Positions 39,001-54,800 of a stretch of 64,000 nt of DNA are shown piece by piece. The position numbers were made by a program, and so were the translations under genes. The stretch comes from Octopus bimaculoides (Eukaryota). Within the stretch, counting starts at the first letter, position 1. Each line of letters opens with the position of its first letter. The stretch is taken from contig NC_068983.1 of NCBI RefSeq assembly GCF_001194135.2, positions 62,298,825-62,362,824 on the forward strand. The letters are read 5' to 3'. The notes beneath the pieces were generated by a model. That model saw only the letters and a list, made by a program, of their open reading frames with translations, was not told where the DNA came from and did no database searches.

Positions 39001-42000
39001 AAAATGTAATTAAAACAAATTTATTAAACTTTCAGAAATTTGTGACTTTTGAGCCACTCTGTATAAATATTTAAATATGCACATACACACACACACGCAT
39101 GCACAGACATATATTGCTGATTTATTTTAACTCTCTTCAATTCAAGAAGAGGTAAACAAACACTTAATGGTGATTATTTCTTGACTTAGAATGAAGAAAG
39201 ATAACCTCAAAAAAATAATTAATTCTTGATTTACTGATGCTATGTTCGTTTTGAGAGCAGGTAAATGAACAGGCAATGAATTAACTGTCTCAACCTTAAT
39301 AAAAAGACTGGCCTTTTTTATGTAACCCGAGTTAGGGAAAGTAAGTTTCTGTCACACTAATGACCATCAAATATGTCAGCATTCTATAATTTCTATGACT
39401 CCACTTATCATCATCATTATAATGTTCACTTTTCCATGCTTGCATAGGTTGGGTAGATTATGCAACTGTGTAAAAACCCTTTATTGGCAAAGGGTGAATA
39501 AGAAAATAATGTAGTATGAAATGATGTTAGGAGAAGTAGAGAGGAGAGAGTGGAGGCATAATGATAATAGCCAAATCAGACAATGATAAAATAAATTACC
39601 TTTCCAGAATGATAGCAGCCATTTTTTGTCATACAATGTGTTTGATTCATCTTCCTTATCGTGAAGAGTCTTCAACATGATACAAGAGTGTTCTCCAGTC
39701 AAGTCATTCTGAAAAACAAAATCAATAGAGTGTAGACTACAATAGAAATTCTGGGAATTTGCATAAAATTATAAAACCATATTATACTTAGAGAATAGAA
39801 AACTATACACAGGGTGTTGAAAAGTTCCTGGCTTCTGGTAAAAGAAGATAAGGAGGATCAGTTAATTATGATTTTATTCAACATTTTCCCCTCTCAGATT
39901 CACACATTTATTGCAAGGGTCCTCCAGTTTTTCTAAGCACTGTAAAAGAACTTGGAAGGTTGGGCCTCCAATCAGGTCTTTCATGATACCCTTAAAGCCA
40001 GGAACTTTTCAGCACTCCCATCATACATACACATGCGCGCACACACACACACACATACATTGTGTGTATGTTTGTGTTGTGTTGTCTTGACATCGCAACA
40101 TAGTCATAAACACGAGCCACTATCACAAGCATTGTCCTTCATTTTCAGTCTTTTGCAATAACATGTCCAGCCATTGAGAAATATCACCTTGGTTATTTAT
40201 AGGTGGGACTGCAGCAGGAAGAGCATCCTACTTTAGAAAATCTGTCATGATGATTCCACCTGAGCCATGCAAGCATGGAAAAGCAAACATTAAATTATTT
40301 ATGATGACAATGAAGACATAGACAGAAAATTGCAATACTCTAATATACACGAACCATTATTATTTAGCATCTGTATTCCATGCTGTCACAGTCTGGACAA
40401 TTTGATAGGATCCAACAGTTCAGAGGAATGTGATAAGCATCAACATCAGTTCCTATGGTTGGGTGTCCTTCCTAACAACATCTCTTCTAAGGGAATGTCT
40501 CAGTGGTTCTACATCAATGGACTGCCCTGTTATAGTTATGAACTAATGACAGACTCTCTACATATTCATTCAACCTGCTGGAAACAGCAGCCAAATTTCC
40601 CTCAAACCACAATTTAATCTCAACAAAGGCTATGCTAGATAATGTAGTCCTGGTTTCCCTGTATATAGGAAAAAGATGGAACAGTTATAGCTGGAATGCC
40701 TTGACTACAGGTCTGCTTCATCAGAGCTGACTTGGAAATAAATAATAACAGCCAACCTAGTTGGATGAACTTATCCAATATACACAGCCATATACTGTAG
40801 CAAGCATATCATCTAGTAAAATCAAGTTTCCAACATTCTGGGGAAATTATCTTTTACCAATTTGTCTGCTTTAAAGGTTACCAGAAGGAAAAATCAATCT
40901 AGGAAGAGATTGGGACCAAAACTTCATTTTGTGTACAAGTGAAATATTTGTTACAGTATCACACTGCTTCTGTCACTAATGAGGAATTTTTACCCAGCCT
41001 GCCAGCTTTTAGCAATACCATGATTTGTTAATGCTTTTCGATATCAATAGAGGCTAAATTTATTTGGCCCTTCAGCATTTAAACCAGCCAGATCTAGCCA
41101 ATCACACCTAACTTTCAATACAAAAATAAAATGTACAATCACATCAAGATTTTAAAATTAATTAAAAACAATGTGAATGAAAAAGCATTACATTCGGCAA
41201 AATAATCTGAATGTGAAAGGGATAAGCATGTGATTGCAAATATGCATAAATCTGGATTTAGAAATTCTACTACCTCTGCCAGGTAATTTTCTTCTGCTGT
41301 TGATATTCTTCTGTACATTTTAGCACTATAAATCTGTATTGGAGGCTTTCTTGAAGCAAATACTACAGTTTTAAGCTTTTCTACAGTATATCCACATTAC
41401 GTTAGGTGTACAGAATGCTATTTTGTTAGTGAAATATATTCTATTGTTTTTAAACATACACACCATATAATAGGTCCTAAATTATAGAACAGCATATTTT
41501 GCAATTAAAATTAATTAGCTAGAACTAGAAACACTAATACTGTGCTGTGTCTCACTGGATATCTTTATGCTGAAACAGAAGTAGCAAGCATTGCCTCAAA
41601 AACTATGAACAAAATAATAACTCACAGCAGTTTGTCTTAAGTAGACAGGGACAAAGCCATTTCGTTTCCAGAATCTATTAAAGAAAAAAATACACAAATT
41701 AAAAAAGATTACAGAATTATATATAAAATTCTGTTAAGGTCTTACAGCTGTATATAGGTTATAACAATAATAAACTAACAAGACTGACATGACCTGAGAG
41801 AAAGAGTAGCCAAGATATAACCATGCAATCTTAAAGAAGGATAACATCAGGAATACCTTTGTTTAGATCATAGGTCTGTTTGAGCAAGGCTGACCTGGTA
41901 CTAAATAACATAGAGTACCACCTATTCCCTAGCAAAAGTGGAGTTCTATGTGTACAGTATTAAAAAGTAATCTTTAGTGTATATTGAGAATATAGGCAAG

Positions 42001-42037
42001 CCCTGGTATGTATGTATGTATGTGTGTGTGTGTGTGT

Positions 42038-42132
<95 letters not shown>

Positions 42133-45100
42133 CACAGGCATGGCTGTGTGGTTGAGAAGCATGTAGATTTGATAGATGGAAACTGAAAGAAGCCCACTGT
42201 ATATATGTGTGTGTGTGCAAATGAGCGTTAGTATCTCTTTGTCTTGGTATCATGTAATAGTTGTGAGTATCACTGTCATACAAGCAGTGTCCTTCACTTG
42301 CACTCTTCAAGTTGTCTGACCAAAGAGAAATATTACCTTCCTTGAAACAGGTGAGACGTATTGACAGGAAGGGCATCTGACCATAAACAATCTGCCTCAA
42401 TAAATTCTGTCCAACTCATGTAAGCATGGAAGAGTTGACATTCAAATGACATATATATATATACCCGCCTGACTGGCCCTCGTGCCGGTGGCACGTAAAA
42501 GCACCCACTACACTCTCGGAGTGGTTGGCGTTAGGAAGGGCATCCAGCTGTAGAAACTCTGCGAAATCAGATTGGAGCCTGGTGTCGCCACCTGGTCCAC
42601 CAGTCCTCAGACAAATCATCCAACCCATGCTAGCATGGAAAGCAGACGTTAAACGACGATGATGATGATGATGTACACACACACAAATATTTTACACCAT
42701 CCACTTTACATCTATTATAATTACATTTGTTTCTGTTTCTCAATTTCCAAATATGGGATACTGCTTTCAACATCTATATATTATAATAACTTAATTTTTA
42801 TCAGGAAATTTGATTTCATTTGAAGTTGTTAGTTATAACAATAATAACGAGATCACAATTAGAAGCCTTTGAAGGGTTAATGCAGAGAGTAATAGATGTG
42901 GTTGAGTTATTAGCATCATAATTTAATATCCGTTTTGTTAGATGATGATGATAACTCAACTAATGTAATTATGTGCCTTGCATTCTGAGTTCAATCCTAG
43001 CACAGCTGAACTTTGCCTGCCATCCTTCATGTTTCAATTAAATAAGTACCATGTGGTAGAGGTCTTACATATGTAACACAGCTTCTTGAAATATTTTTTT
43101 AAAACTGAGATTATCCTAGTAATAAGTAAACAAACACTTACTCTAAGGCAGTGTTTAAAAATCCAGAGGTAGACTTTTGACTACTAAATTACCTGGGCAA
43201 TCTCAGTTAATGTTTTATCAACTCACTAAATTACATATGAAAAATCCTTTTGTACAAGTATCAAGTACTCAGATGCTTCTCAATGTAATATATTCTTCTT
43301 AGTCCTATTGTAAATAAGTACTAATCAAGTACTATAACCAACGAAATTGACAGCTACTCCTTTCCAAAATCTGTATCCTCAAGGTTATGTTAGAGACCCC
43401 TCATTATTTTAGTAAAGGGATGGCCCTAATAGTAGGGCCCAGTGAGACTGCTATGTCATATTTAATTATGCCTGCCATTGTTTGAAGTCCAATTTAGCTG
43501 GGATTGATTTGTCTTTATGTTCCTTGAAGTGTAAGTGAAAAATTTAAATGTTCCTCTCAACCTCAGAGAAATGTATAAACAATTCTTAAAACTGGTGTCA
43601 TCAGATACAATGGATAAAAGATAAGCCTTCCATCCCAGGTGTGGCTGTGTGGTAAGAAGTTTGCTTCCCAAACCACAGGGTAATGGGATCAGTCCCACTG
43701 TGTGGCATCTTGGGTGGACCAAAGTCTAGTGAGTGGATTTAGTAGACAGAATCTGAAAGAAACCAGTCGTATGTGTATGTGTGTACTTTTGTTCCTGTGT
43801 TTGTCCCCCATCACCAGTAGACAACTGGTGTCAGTGATTAAATCTCTCTAACTTAGCAGTTTGGCAAAAGGGACCAATAGAATAAGTGTCTGACTTAAAA
43901 AATAAATAAGTACTAGAGTTGATTCATTCAACTAAATAAATTTTGAAGGTGGTGCCCCAGCGTGGCCACAGTTTAATGACTAAAACAAGTAATAAGGGAA
44001 AAAGTAATAGACTAATATACTGGAGTTAACATTCATTGATATACTTATTTCTGATAACCAGGTGGACTACACCTGAATTGCAGACATCTTTCACAAATAC
44101 ATCTGTATTATAGACATGAAGATTCAGAGGTGAAATACTGTATAAACAGCAGATAAAGATGTTTATCATTTCATGGAATAAACTTAATAGGAAAGTAAGA
44201 TTAATGAATACTTTACTTGAGAAGGTCAGCTGTCAACCCAAATGATACACCCATATAATCAAGCTGTTCAGGGGGTCGTTCAGTTAGCTTCAGTAACAAC
44301 GGAGGTAGGTTCTTACGAGGTACTGGCTTCTCTACTATCAGATCAAGTTCCTGCAAATAGGCAATTAATGAAACAAAGATTACAAACGACATTCATGTAC
44401 ACAATCAGCACTATTAATTAAAATATTGGCTATAAAAGTTGCTCAATAAAATCCCAGTCCCAACTGGTCAAGCTGTTATTATATTAGCAATAACTCTAGT
44501 AAAGACACTTAACACCCAACGACAACAGTTCTGCTATCAATAAATAGATACCAACGAAAGATACTCTACTGCAGCAGCAAATCCTTCAAGCTGAGTGAAA
44601 CCATTGCTGTAGCTAGTGCTGGTGACATGTAAAAGGCAGCCATGCCTGTGATACGGAAAAGGCAGTGACATGTAAAAAGGCACCCAGTACACTCTATAAA
44701 GTGGTTGGCATTAGGAAGGGCATCCAACCATAGAAACCAAGCCAAACCAGACAAATGGATCCTGGTGCAGCTATCCAGCTTACCAGCTCCAGTCAATCCG
44801 TCTGACCCATGCCAGCATGAAAAACAGATGTTCAATGATGATGATAACAATAACAATGATTTGTAGTGCCTGGGAGCAATTGATAGGTATCTTTTATGAT
44901 ACCAAACATATCAGAGTAGAGCACCATTCCTTATGACACTAGACTCTCTTAAACTAGAAGAGAAGCTATAGCCCTATGCATACCTCAATTAATGGGAATG
45001 TTAATAAATACTCGAGACTCACCTCTTCATCAACAGGTTCAATGTCTTTAGGAACTTCTTCAACATCTTCATTAAGTCCCACAATTTCTCCTTTATAGTA

Positions 45101-46075
45101 CTGAGAGAGGAGCTGCAGGGCACGAGAACCATAACCCATCTAACACACATAAAAATGAAACAAAAACAAACATAAGAATAAAGCAAGAAATCAAATGGGG
45201 CATTAGTAAGAATATGCAATATGTAAAAAGGCTGGTTCTATCACAAAGTGACAACAGCATCATAGCTCTTGCTATACTAAAGACACAGAATGCAAAACGT
45301 ATTTGTATAGAATGTATATGATGTGTCTTTTTATGCATAAACTGCAGAACAGTATTTGCACAATCTACAAGAACCAGGTGGTGCAGTGAAAAGCTCATAC
45401 GAAACTAATGAAAATACAACAATAAAAGTAATCATAAATTGTAACATTGGAACGAAGCTTACTATAGTTGGAGGGGGTTTTCAGTAGATTATGCCAACCC
45501 AAATGCTTAGCCCTGGAAGGATGAACAATGAAGTCTACTCCAGCAAGATTTGAACTAAGAACATTATGTAACATAATAAAATACCAATAAACATTCTATC
45601 AATTCTGTTGTTTATAGATGTTACAATAATAATACTACTACTAATAATAATAATAATAATAATCCGTTCTACTATAGGCACAAGGCTCGAAATCTCAGAG
45701 GAGAGGCCCAGTCGATTACACTGACCCCAGTGTTTCACTGGTATTTAATTCATCAACCCCAAAAGGATGAAAGGATTAGTCAACCACAGTGGAATTTGAT
45801 CTCAGAACATAGCAGCAGATGAAATACCGCTAAGCATTTTACCTGGTGTGCTAATGATTCTGCCAGGTCACCACCTTAATAATAATAATAATCCTTTCTA
45901 CTATAGGCACAAGGCTTGAAATTTGGGGAAGGGGACAGTCGATGACATCGACCCCAGTACACAACTGGTACTTATTTTATTGGCCCTGAAAGGATGAAAG
46001 GTAAAGTAGGCCTTTGCAGAACTTGGCCTCTAAGCATTTTGCCCGGTGTGGTAATGATTCTACTAGCTCACCACC

Positions 46076-46110
<35 letters not shown>

Positions 46111-47023
46111 CCTTTCTACTAGAAGCACAAGGCCTGAAATTTTAGGGGAGTGGTAAATCGATTACATTCACCCCAGTACTCAACTGGTACTTAATTTATT
46201 GACCCCATAAAGGATGAAAAGCAAAGTTGACCTCAGCAGAGTTTGAACTTAGAATGCGAAGACAGCTGAAATACCACTAAGCATTTCGCCCGGCATGCAA
46301 AGAATTCTGCCAGCTTGCCTCCTTATCAATAATAATCATAATACTTTATGCTATAAGCACAAGGCCTGAAATCTGGAGGAGGTCAATTGCATCAACCCCA
46401 GTACTCATCTAGCACTAGTAACCTCCAAAGATGAAAAGCAAAGTTGACTTCAGCAGAATAATAATAATAATAATAATAATAAATGCCCTGATGCAGTACC
46501 AGGCTTCTGATCTTAACTGATTGTAAGTGTTATCATGGACATTGTTTTGTCTTGGTACAAAAGATGGGCTACAGCAAATATTCTGTTCAATACCAGAGAT
46601 TTGCTTGTCAGTTGTTTGAGCTTAACCACTCAAGCATGACCCTTAGTGGCTGACGAGATGTGCATCTCTGATAATGAGCAAAAGTAGTAGAGAGGCATCA
46701 TAGTCATGTGTTGAGAGGAATTCTTTAGGGTTTGGATAATTCGCCTTTGGAAACATGGGTGTTTTGTTCAACATCCTTAAACAACCCTTATTCAGGGACC
46801 TTTTGAGCGGGATGAGGTACTCGAACTGAAGAAAATTCTAACTGGGCCTCACCTGCAATGTCATGCGCTGTTCATTTTGATATGAGATCACTATGTTGTG
46901 CACATATGGTTTTGATGGATGTGCCTGGCGTACCCTTATCAGACAGGTAATCATGATGGGTATACTGGGTATCACATATTTTACCCCAATGTTACTTTGA
47001 TGGCATGTACTGCTCTCTCAATC

Positions 47024-47055
<32 letters not shown>

Positions 47056-50000
47056 TAATAAATGCTTCTAATTTAGGTGTAAGGCAGTAATTTTGAGGAC
47101 GAGGGTTAGCTGATACCAATGAACTTAGTATTTGACTGATACTTTATTTCATCAACCTTGAAAGAACGAAAGCCAAATCAGACCTCAGAGAGGATTTTAA
47201 CTCAGAATGTAAAGACTTGAGACATTCATGCAAGACATTTTTTTCAAAGCTCTAATGATTCTGCCAGATCCACTACCTTATACAATCATGACAGTAAGAA
47301 CAATAATAATAATAAAAGCATAAATTACCTTTTGATAGTCTGGATGGGTTGCTATCCGAACCACTCTCACACCTGATAAACTGGCAAAGTCATTGTCTTG
47401 GAACTGTAAAGAATTTCAATATGATAGTTAGTATACTATCAGTAACAAACAGTATGGTGATAATATTGGTGACTAACAATGATGTTGATGACTATTGTTG
47501 TTGTGGTTGCCCCAATAAAAGTTCAATGTTGCAGTTCAAGTTGAAGTGGCAGAATGGTTTCAACTTGAACTGACTGGAGATTTGAAATTTTTGAGAAGAT
47601 CCTGGTTACGAGTTATGAGCTATATGCTCATAGTCAAGTTCTACTCAGAAGAGATGAAACAGTTTGCATTCGATCTGAAAAATGAAAACACTACACCATT
47701 TGAACTTTGATAACAGTATCAATATTAGCAATGATAAACATAACAATGAGAAAGCCAGACCACTTTATTTTCTATTTAATTACTGTTAAACAGCATTGTT
47801 CTGCTGTTTAATTAGTATCAAATAGAATTGTTAATTGAATATAAGAACACTGTATTCAGGGTCCTTATGGTCAATGCAACTACTTAATTAAAAACTGCTC
47901 AATGGTCTCACCTACTTAATTATAAACTCAACATAAAATGGAATTAAGTTTCGAGCTGTTGTGACCATGAGATTAAACTATTAACATTATCTTTCTCACC
48001 AGCTATACATATATATATATATGAGTTCTTTATAGTATACATTTATGCCCTCTGTGACCATCCCTGTATAAATGTTTTACCTTTGACCTCTACATTGCTC
48101 ACATACAAATCCAGTGCCAACTTTCATTATAAGACACCATTAGAAACACATGCTTCTAAGATGCCCCAAAACAGAAATAGTGAAAATAAAATTTTAAAAA
48201 TTATAGAAGCAAAAAGAAAAAGGCTAGGAAGCAAATTCACCTGCTGGGAGATGGTCCATGGAATCAAGTCTCCCGATGCACGTTTACCTTGTCGAAGACC
48301 ACTCATCACTGCTGCCTTAGAAATATCTCCTTCAAGACACATCTATAAAAGAACATATCACAATTAAAAATGAAACAAAATTTGAACAAGTTAGTGTTAA
48401 TATATTTAATATGGGAATCATTAAAAAACTATCTAGAAAGAAACAGGCAATTAGAAAAACAGCATTATCAGTCAATGACTAATGTTATTTTAATCTCACC
48501 AAGAACAGTGATCAACTCCAAACAAGTTTTATTCTTATTCTGAACTCATCAACAAATCACGGGTTCTAATCATACTTGCAGAAGCAGTGATAAAAGAAAC
48601 ATCAAGCAAATATACAAGAAAGGACTTTGTGGTGGTGATGGTGGGAGGAATAAAATGATTTTAGAAATACATAATTTAGAGAAGCCATATTCACATGAAA
48701 GCAACAGCTAAGTAAAAGCTAACACATTTTAAGTAAAGATAATTAAGAAGCTAAGTCAAAGTGATTTCTGTAATGAAAAACAAATCAATGGCAAATACTA
48801 TTTCTTATTAAAAAAAAAAGGGCTTGAACATAAGTTGTAATCAGTTATTTAGCAGATTAACCCTTAAAGTTTTATACTGCAGATATCCATAGAATTTTAC
48901 TTCCTCCAATTTTTGAGTTAAATGGTTAATACCTCAAGTAGAGAATTAGAGTTTGATAATTTTATTTACTAATAATGGAATACCCTTCCTAACACCAACT
49001 AATTTACAGAGTATACTGGGAGCTTTTTAAGCCAGCGCTGCATAAAAAGCATCTAGCACACTTTGTAAACTGGTTGGCATTAGGAAAGGTATCTAGCTGG
49101 AGAAATCATGCTGTAACAGACAACTGGGGCCTGGTGCAGCTCTCTAGCTTGCCAGCTCCTGTGAAACAGTCTAACCCAGGCGAACATGGAAAATGGATGT
49201 TAAATGATGATGATGATTTATTAATGTTTCAGTTAAGAAAACAATATTCAGGAAATAAAATCTTGAAAACACATGTAATCAATTTAGTTGTATTTAACCT
49301 ATTTTAGTAGGAGAAAGAACATGACAGCTGGTAAATGTACATCACCATTCCACAGTGTACAGCAAGGATCATAACTTCATATCTGTACAGCAAGGATCAT
49401 GATTTCATATCAACAAATTTAATCCAAATTCATCCAAAAGATATATTTTCTTAATTTTTATATCAGACTAACTGCCTTTCATCAGAATCTCCTTACTAAC
49501 ATGAATGTGAAATTTATATACAAAAAGTACAACAGAACTTTAAGAGTTAACATTAGTTATCATGTTTCTTTAATAACCTTTAACTCAATCATTAAATTTT
49601 CTCCAAACAACATTTATAATAAGAGCTAACCTGAACAACACAAAGAACTTCAGGAAGAGCCTGTTTGGTTGACTCCATTGGACCGAGTAAAACAAAAATA
49701 TGATGTGCTGGAGCATCAGATAACATCTGTAAATCATTAGGCGTGTTCTGAAAAGATAAGCAAAATAAATTTTTTATTAATGGTGAGAAATGATAAAGAT
49801 AATAAAGTATCTGATGAATTGATGTTCAAAAGTTAATGTTAATGACTGGGTCCTGAGATCAAACTGTGTCAGGGTTGAATCATATGGTTCAGTTGGAAAG
49901 ACACCCTATTCTCAATCCCCTTGACATTTTACAGGATCTTCAAAACTGGTAGAGTAAAGGGTTAAAGAAATCACAACTCTTGAGTTTCTACAGGTGAAAG

Positions 50001-51843
50001 CAATGCTTAACAATATGAATTTTAACCTCAAACGTAAAGACTTGGTCTAAATGGCTGCAATAAAGTGAACTCAGCTAGAGGTACCAAAAGGCCAGATGGT
50101 GGTATTAAACCAAGCAAGATTAAATGTCAATCAAATTGCCTTCAAATTACACATCCACAACCAAAAAAGAAGACAGATTAGATAGATAATGTAGTCTTTA
50201 ATTAGTGAAGGTGAAAATGTTTAGCCTGTCTTGTTAAAATTTCAATTTCTTGAATATTCCTGTTATTAGAGTAAGGGTCAAGGGTAAAGACCCCTTTCGG
50301 TCATGACTGATCATGGGATTGCACCTAGAAAGTTACCCTGTGAGGTGCAAGTCAGAGCAAGGTTGTTTATGGAAGACCAGTAGTCGCCCATACATACCAG
50401 CCTCCCCTCTCCATGCCACCAATGTTATCCATAGGAAAAGCAAAGGCTGATACAGCTTGGCACCAGTGATGTAGCTGAGCAAATGGAGCAACGGGGAAAA
50501 ATAAAGTGTCTTGCTTAAGAACACAACACAGCCCAGTCTGGGAACTGAACTCACTACCTCATGATTGTGAGCCTGACACACTAACCACCGAGCCATGCAC
50601 CCTATTAGAGTACCACATCTATTTTACTAGGGGTAAATACTTATAGATACATTGTTGTTTTTTTTATAACATTTAATATCTCTTCCCCATTTTTGAAGAC
50701 AATAGGCCATATGTGATTTAACAGATTTGACTGCTGTTTCTAGCAGGTCACAGAACTACATTGAAGTTACCTCATTGGCTTGAGTAAAGGAGTAAGGAAG
50801 ATTAATAATCATGAGTTGCACTGGAGTAGTTGCTAACTTACATAAACAATTTTTCGTCAATACTGTTTTCTTTGAGTAGATTTTGTATATTGTTGAATAG
50901 AAAAAAATGAAACAGTGCACATTTTAATGTTGTTATCCCATAAGCAGCAAGGCAGTAAGCGAACAGAATCATTAGAGCATTGAACAAAATGCTCTGTGGT
51001 ATTTCTTCCAGCTCTTTTTGTACCAAGTTAAAATCTCACCAAGATTGTTGGCTTTTAATTGTCCCAGACGTCAATAGAAGTACCAGCTAAGTACTGGAGT
51101 TGATGGTGCTGATTAAACCTGTCCTTCAAAGTTGCCGACATTGTACCTAAATCAGAAACCAATATTCTATAACAGCAGTTCCGTATTTCTTATGTTTGCT
51201 GTTCACCATATCTCATAAGCTATGTCAATAAATATAATGAATTTGTAAAAATAAATGTTATAACATATGAATACAAGGGATACTTTACCTTATAATGGGA
51301 AGATACATAGAGTGACATTATTCGATGCAGGAATGCCTCAGAACCTTTATGGAAAGAAAACAATGTGTCCCTGCTGACATAATACAGATCACAGTCCTGC
51401 GGTAGAGGGCAACCAGAAGTTATTCTACGAACATTCGTCACATCAAGACATAACAAATCGTTGAGCCATTTCTCAACAGGATCACCATCAGCATATCTTA
51501 TAGATTCATTGAGTTGCACTTCATAAAGGGCACGTCCTGTGGAGAAAAGAAAAGTCAAAGATATATCTATTTTGAAATAACATTCTCAGATTTTATCAAT
51601 TGATTGATACTTTCTCTCTTTACTCTTTTACTTGTTTCAGTCATTTGACTGTGGCCATGCTGGAGCACCGCCTTTAGTCGAGCAAATCGACCCCAGGACT
51701 TATTCTTTATTCTTTGTAGTCTAGTACTTATTCTATCGGTCTCTTTTGCTGAACCGCTAAGTTACGGGGACATAAACACACCAGCATTGGTTGTCAAGTG
51801 ATGTTGGTGGGGGGAGGGGACAAACACAGACACACAAGCATAT

Positions 51844-51896
<53 letters not shown>

Positions 51897-54800
51897 CGAC
51901 GGGCTTCTTTCAGTTTCTGTCTACCAAATCCACTCACAAGGCTTTGGTGGGCCCGAGGCTATAGTAGAAGACACTTGCCCAAGGTGCCACGCAGTGAGAC
52001 TGAACCCGGAACCATGTGGTTGGTAAGCAAGCTACTTACCACACAGCCACTCCAACGCCTCTTATGTCAACACTTCTTAATGATGTCGTTTTTAATCATG
52101 CAAAAGCCATTGACGAAGTATAAAATGGATGAGATTAGTTGTAATCAGAGGTAAAAGAGTAGAACAAATGTCCAATGACATGAAGGCAAAGATGTCAATA
52201 ATAGTATATATTTGGCACAAAGTCAAAATTTCAGAAGGGTTTTGTCATTTTAATAGACAACTGATTTGTAACTATTTTTATAGAACAGAGAATGGGAAAA
52301 GGTGCCCCTCTTCATGTCATATCGCTCTTGTATATCATCAGTAGCATGATGTATCCAGCCCAATGAGACATTATGCTTGACCCTCATACTGCCCTTGGTA
52401 CCTCTCATGATGCTGTCCAGGCTTCCTAACACTGCCAATCTGAGTGCATTTATTCTCATGATCTCTAGGAAAATATTGCTTGTATCACTGTTCACCAAAG
52501 GTTTATATAACTGTCCACCTGCTCAATGATATGGTTGGTTGCATGGTTGATTCTTTATTTTGATTTTATTGAAGTGCATGTTGAGTCTGGTTGATCACAT
52601 TGTTACTCCTGCAATCCCAGTTGATATTCCTAAAAACAGCATCATGTAGACAAGAGGTATTCAACTTTGGTGAAATGTTGCCTCCTTCTTTAACTCCCCT
52701 CTTCAACCTGATCAGTTCCTCAATCCCCCAAAATTATGCAATGGCATGAGAATTGCCAACCTCCAACAATCTCTCCCTCCTCCAGCTGACAGTTTGTTAT
52801 ACAGTTTTGTGACGGAAAATACACCTTTTGTGGCAGTTATAACGAAATTGCTTTCTTATATCAGAGTAATAAGGTGTCTCGATAGAACATCTTTAGCCCC
52901 GGGAATTACCAGATACACCAGCTAGTATATATATATATAGATAGATAGATATATTCTCACACAAATACACAATGAACTTCCATAAAGTTTTTGTCAACCA
53001 AAATTTCATTTATAAGGCATTAATCAACTTCTCTCCTTCTCCCTGTGGTTTGAGCAACTTTGGTAGTGATCAGTATCAAAGTAAACTAAAAATGGTAGGA
53101 AACAACAGTTTAACTAGAGCAATATATTAAAGAATGGAAGTTTTGAAGAGACAACTGATAACTGATGTTGAAATATCTATGATAACCATAGTGACACTAT
53201 TAACATATATACATACATATAATAATAGACGTACCTGACAAACTATTAGTGGTACTCTCAACAGTTGTCACCTTTTTCACTTCAGTTCCTGAGAAAGTAG
53301 CAGCTTGTTGTCGGAGTTGTTGGATAAGTTTCAGAGATAAAGAACGACCTGTACCCTCGTATCTGAAGATGGCCAATAAAATGCGATTTAATCATTAAAC
53401 AATAAAATTTAATCATTTGAAATACAATATTAATATTAGTAAAAGTGCATGATTGGCCTTCATGCTGGTGGCACGTAAAAGCACCCACTACACTCCCAGA
53501 GTGGTTGGCGTTCAGAAGGGCATCCATAGAAACTCTGCCAAATCAGATTCGAGCCCGGTGTAGCCAGCTGGTTCACCAGTCCTCAGTCAAATCGTCCATG
53601 GAAAGCGTACGTTAAATGATGATGATTCAAGAAGAAATAGTTGTTACCGCAGTTGGATGCTACATTCAAATCTAACCACACTATCTTGAAAGAAGAGAGG
53701 CTATATTTGCCAGACAAGCAGGCCAAAGGAAGACAGCCAAATAAATACCTTGATTCAAAGGATAAAACACTAACAGAGGAAATAACTGGAATCATGTCAT
53801 TTCCATTCCATTCTTAGCATTACTTGCAAGATAATACTTTTCTATACCCAGGCGTGTTTCTTCATAGGAGATTGGAAATGAACACCATCACTTATAGGGT
53901 GGTGATGGTCGTTTACAACCATCATGATACATCAAGCCAAAGCAACATAAACGCACATATTTATAATGGGCTTCTTTCAGTTTCTTCAACCAAATCCACT
54001 CACAAGGTTTTGGCTGACCTAGGGCTACAGTGGAAGACAATTGCTCAAGGTGCCATGCAGTAGGATTGAACCTGAAACCACATTTTACATCACATTTTTA
54101 CTGCAAAAATATTACTCATTCACTTGTTTCAGTCATTTGACTGCGGCCATTCTGGAGCACTACCTTTAATCGAACAAACTGACCCCCCAGGTCTTATTCT
54201 TTGTGAGCCTAGTGCTTATTCTATCGGACCCTTTTGCTGAACTCATAAGCTATAGGGACATAAACACACCAACATTGGTTGTCAAGCGATGGTGGTGGGG
54301 GACAAACAGACACACAAACATAGATATATATCATCATCGTTATTATCATCATTTAATGTCCACACGACAGGCTTCTTTCAGTTTCTGTCAATCAAATCCA
54401 CTCATAGGGCTTTGGTTAACCTGAGGCTATAGCAGAAGACACTTGCCCAAGGTGCCACGTAGTGGGACTGAACTCGAAACCATGCGGTTGGGAAGACTGG
54501 AGTTAAATATTTTAGATGAAAAAGCTTAACTGTTACAAAGTGAAAGTTGACAAATAAATCTACTGTTGCTGAAATTTCAACAGAATGTCCTGAGGTAGCA
54601 CAGGAAAAAATGGTGATAGTTAGACAAAACTTTCCAGTCTGTTAAAATGAGTAGGATAACAGTTAAATAGCACTTAGATGTAAAACAAAAGTAGAAGAGT
54701 CAAAAAAGAAGGAACTGTAATTATTGAGCCTGCTACAAAATAGCAACCAAATCCACTCCATATTATATGTTAGTCATTAATGGCCAATAAAACAGGATTT

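Noticed and set aside
45640-46480. Repeat-spacer-like pattern suggesting a CRISPR array
   Set aside because: The units are ~200-bp SINEs separated by (AAT)n in a eukaryotic intron; no constant short repeat with unique spacers and no cas genes.
49356-49411. 28-bp tandem duplication (and a 29-bp one at 61974-62041)
   Set aside because: Ordinary local slippage duplications with no sign of function.
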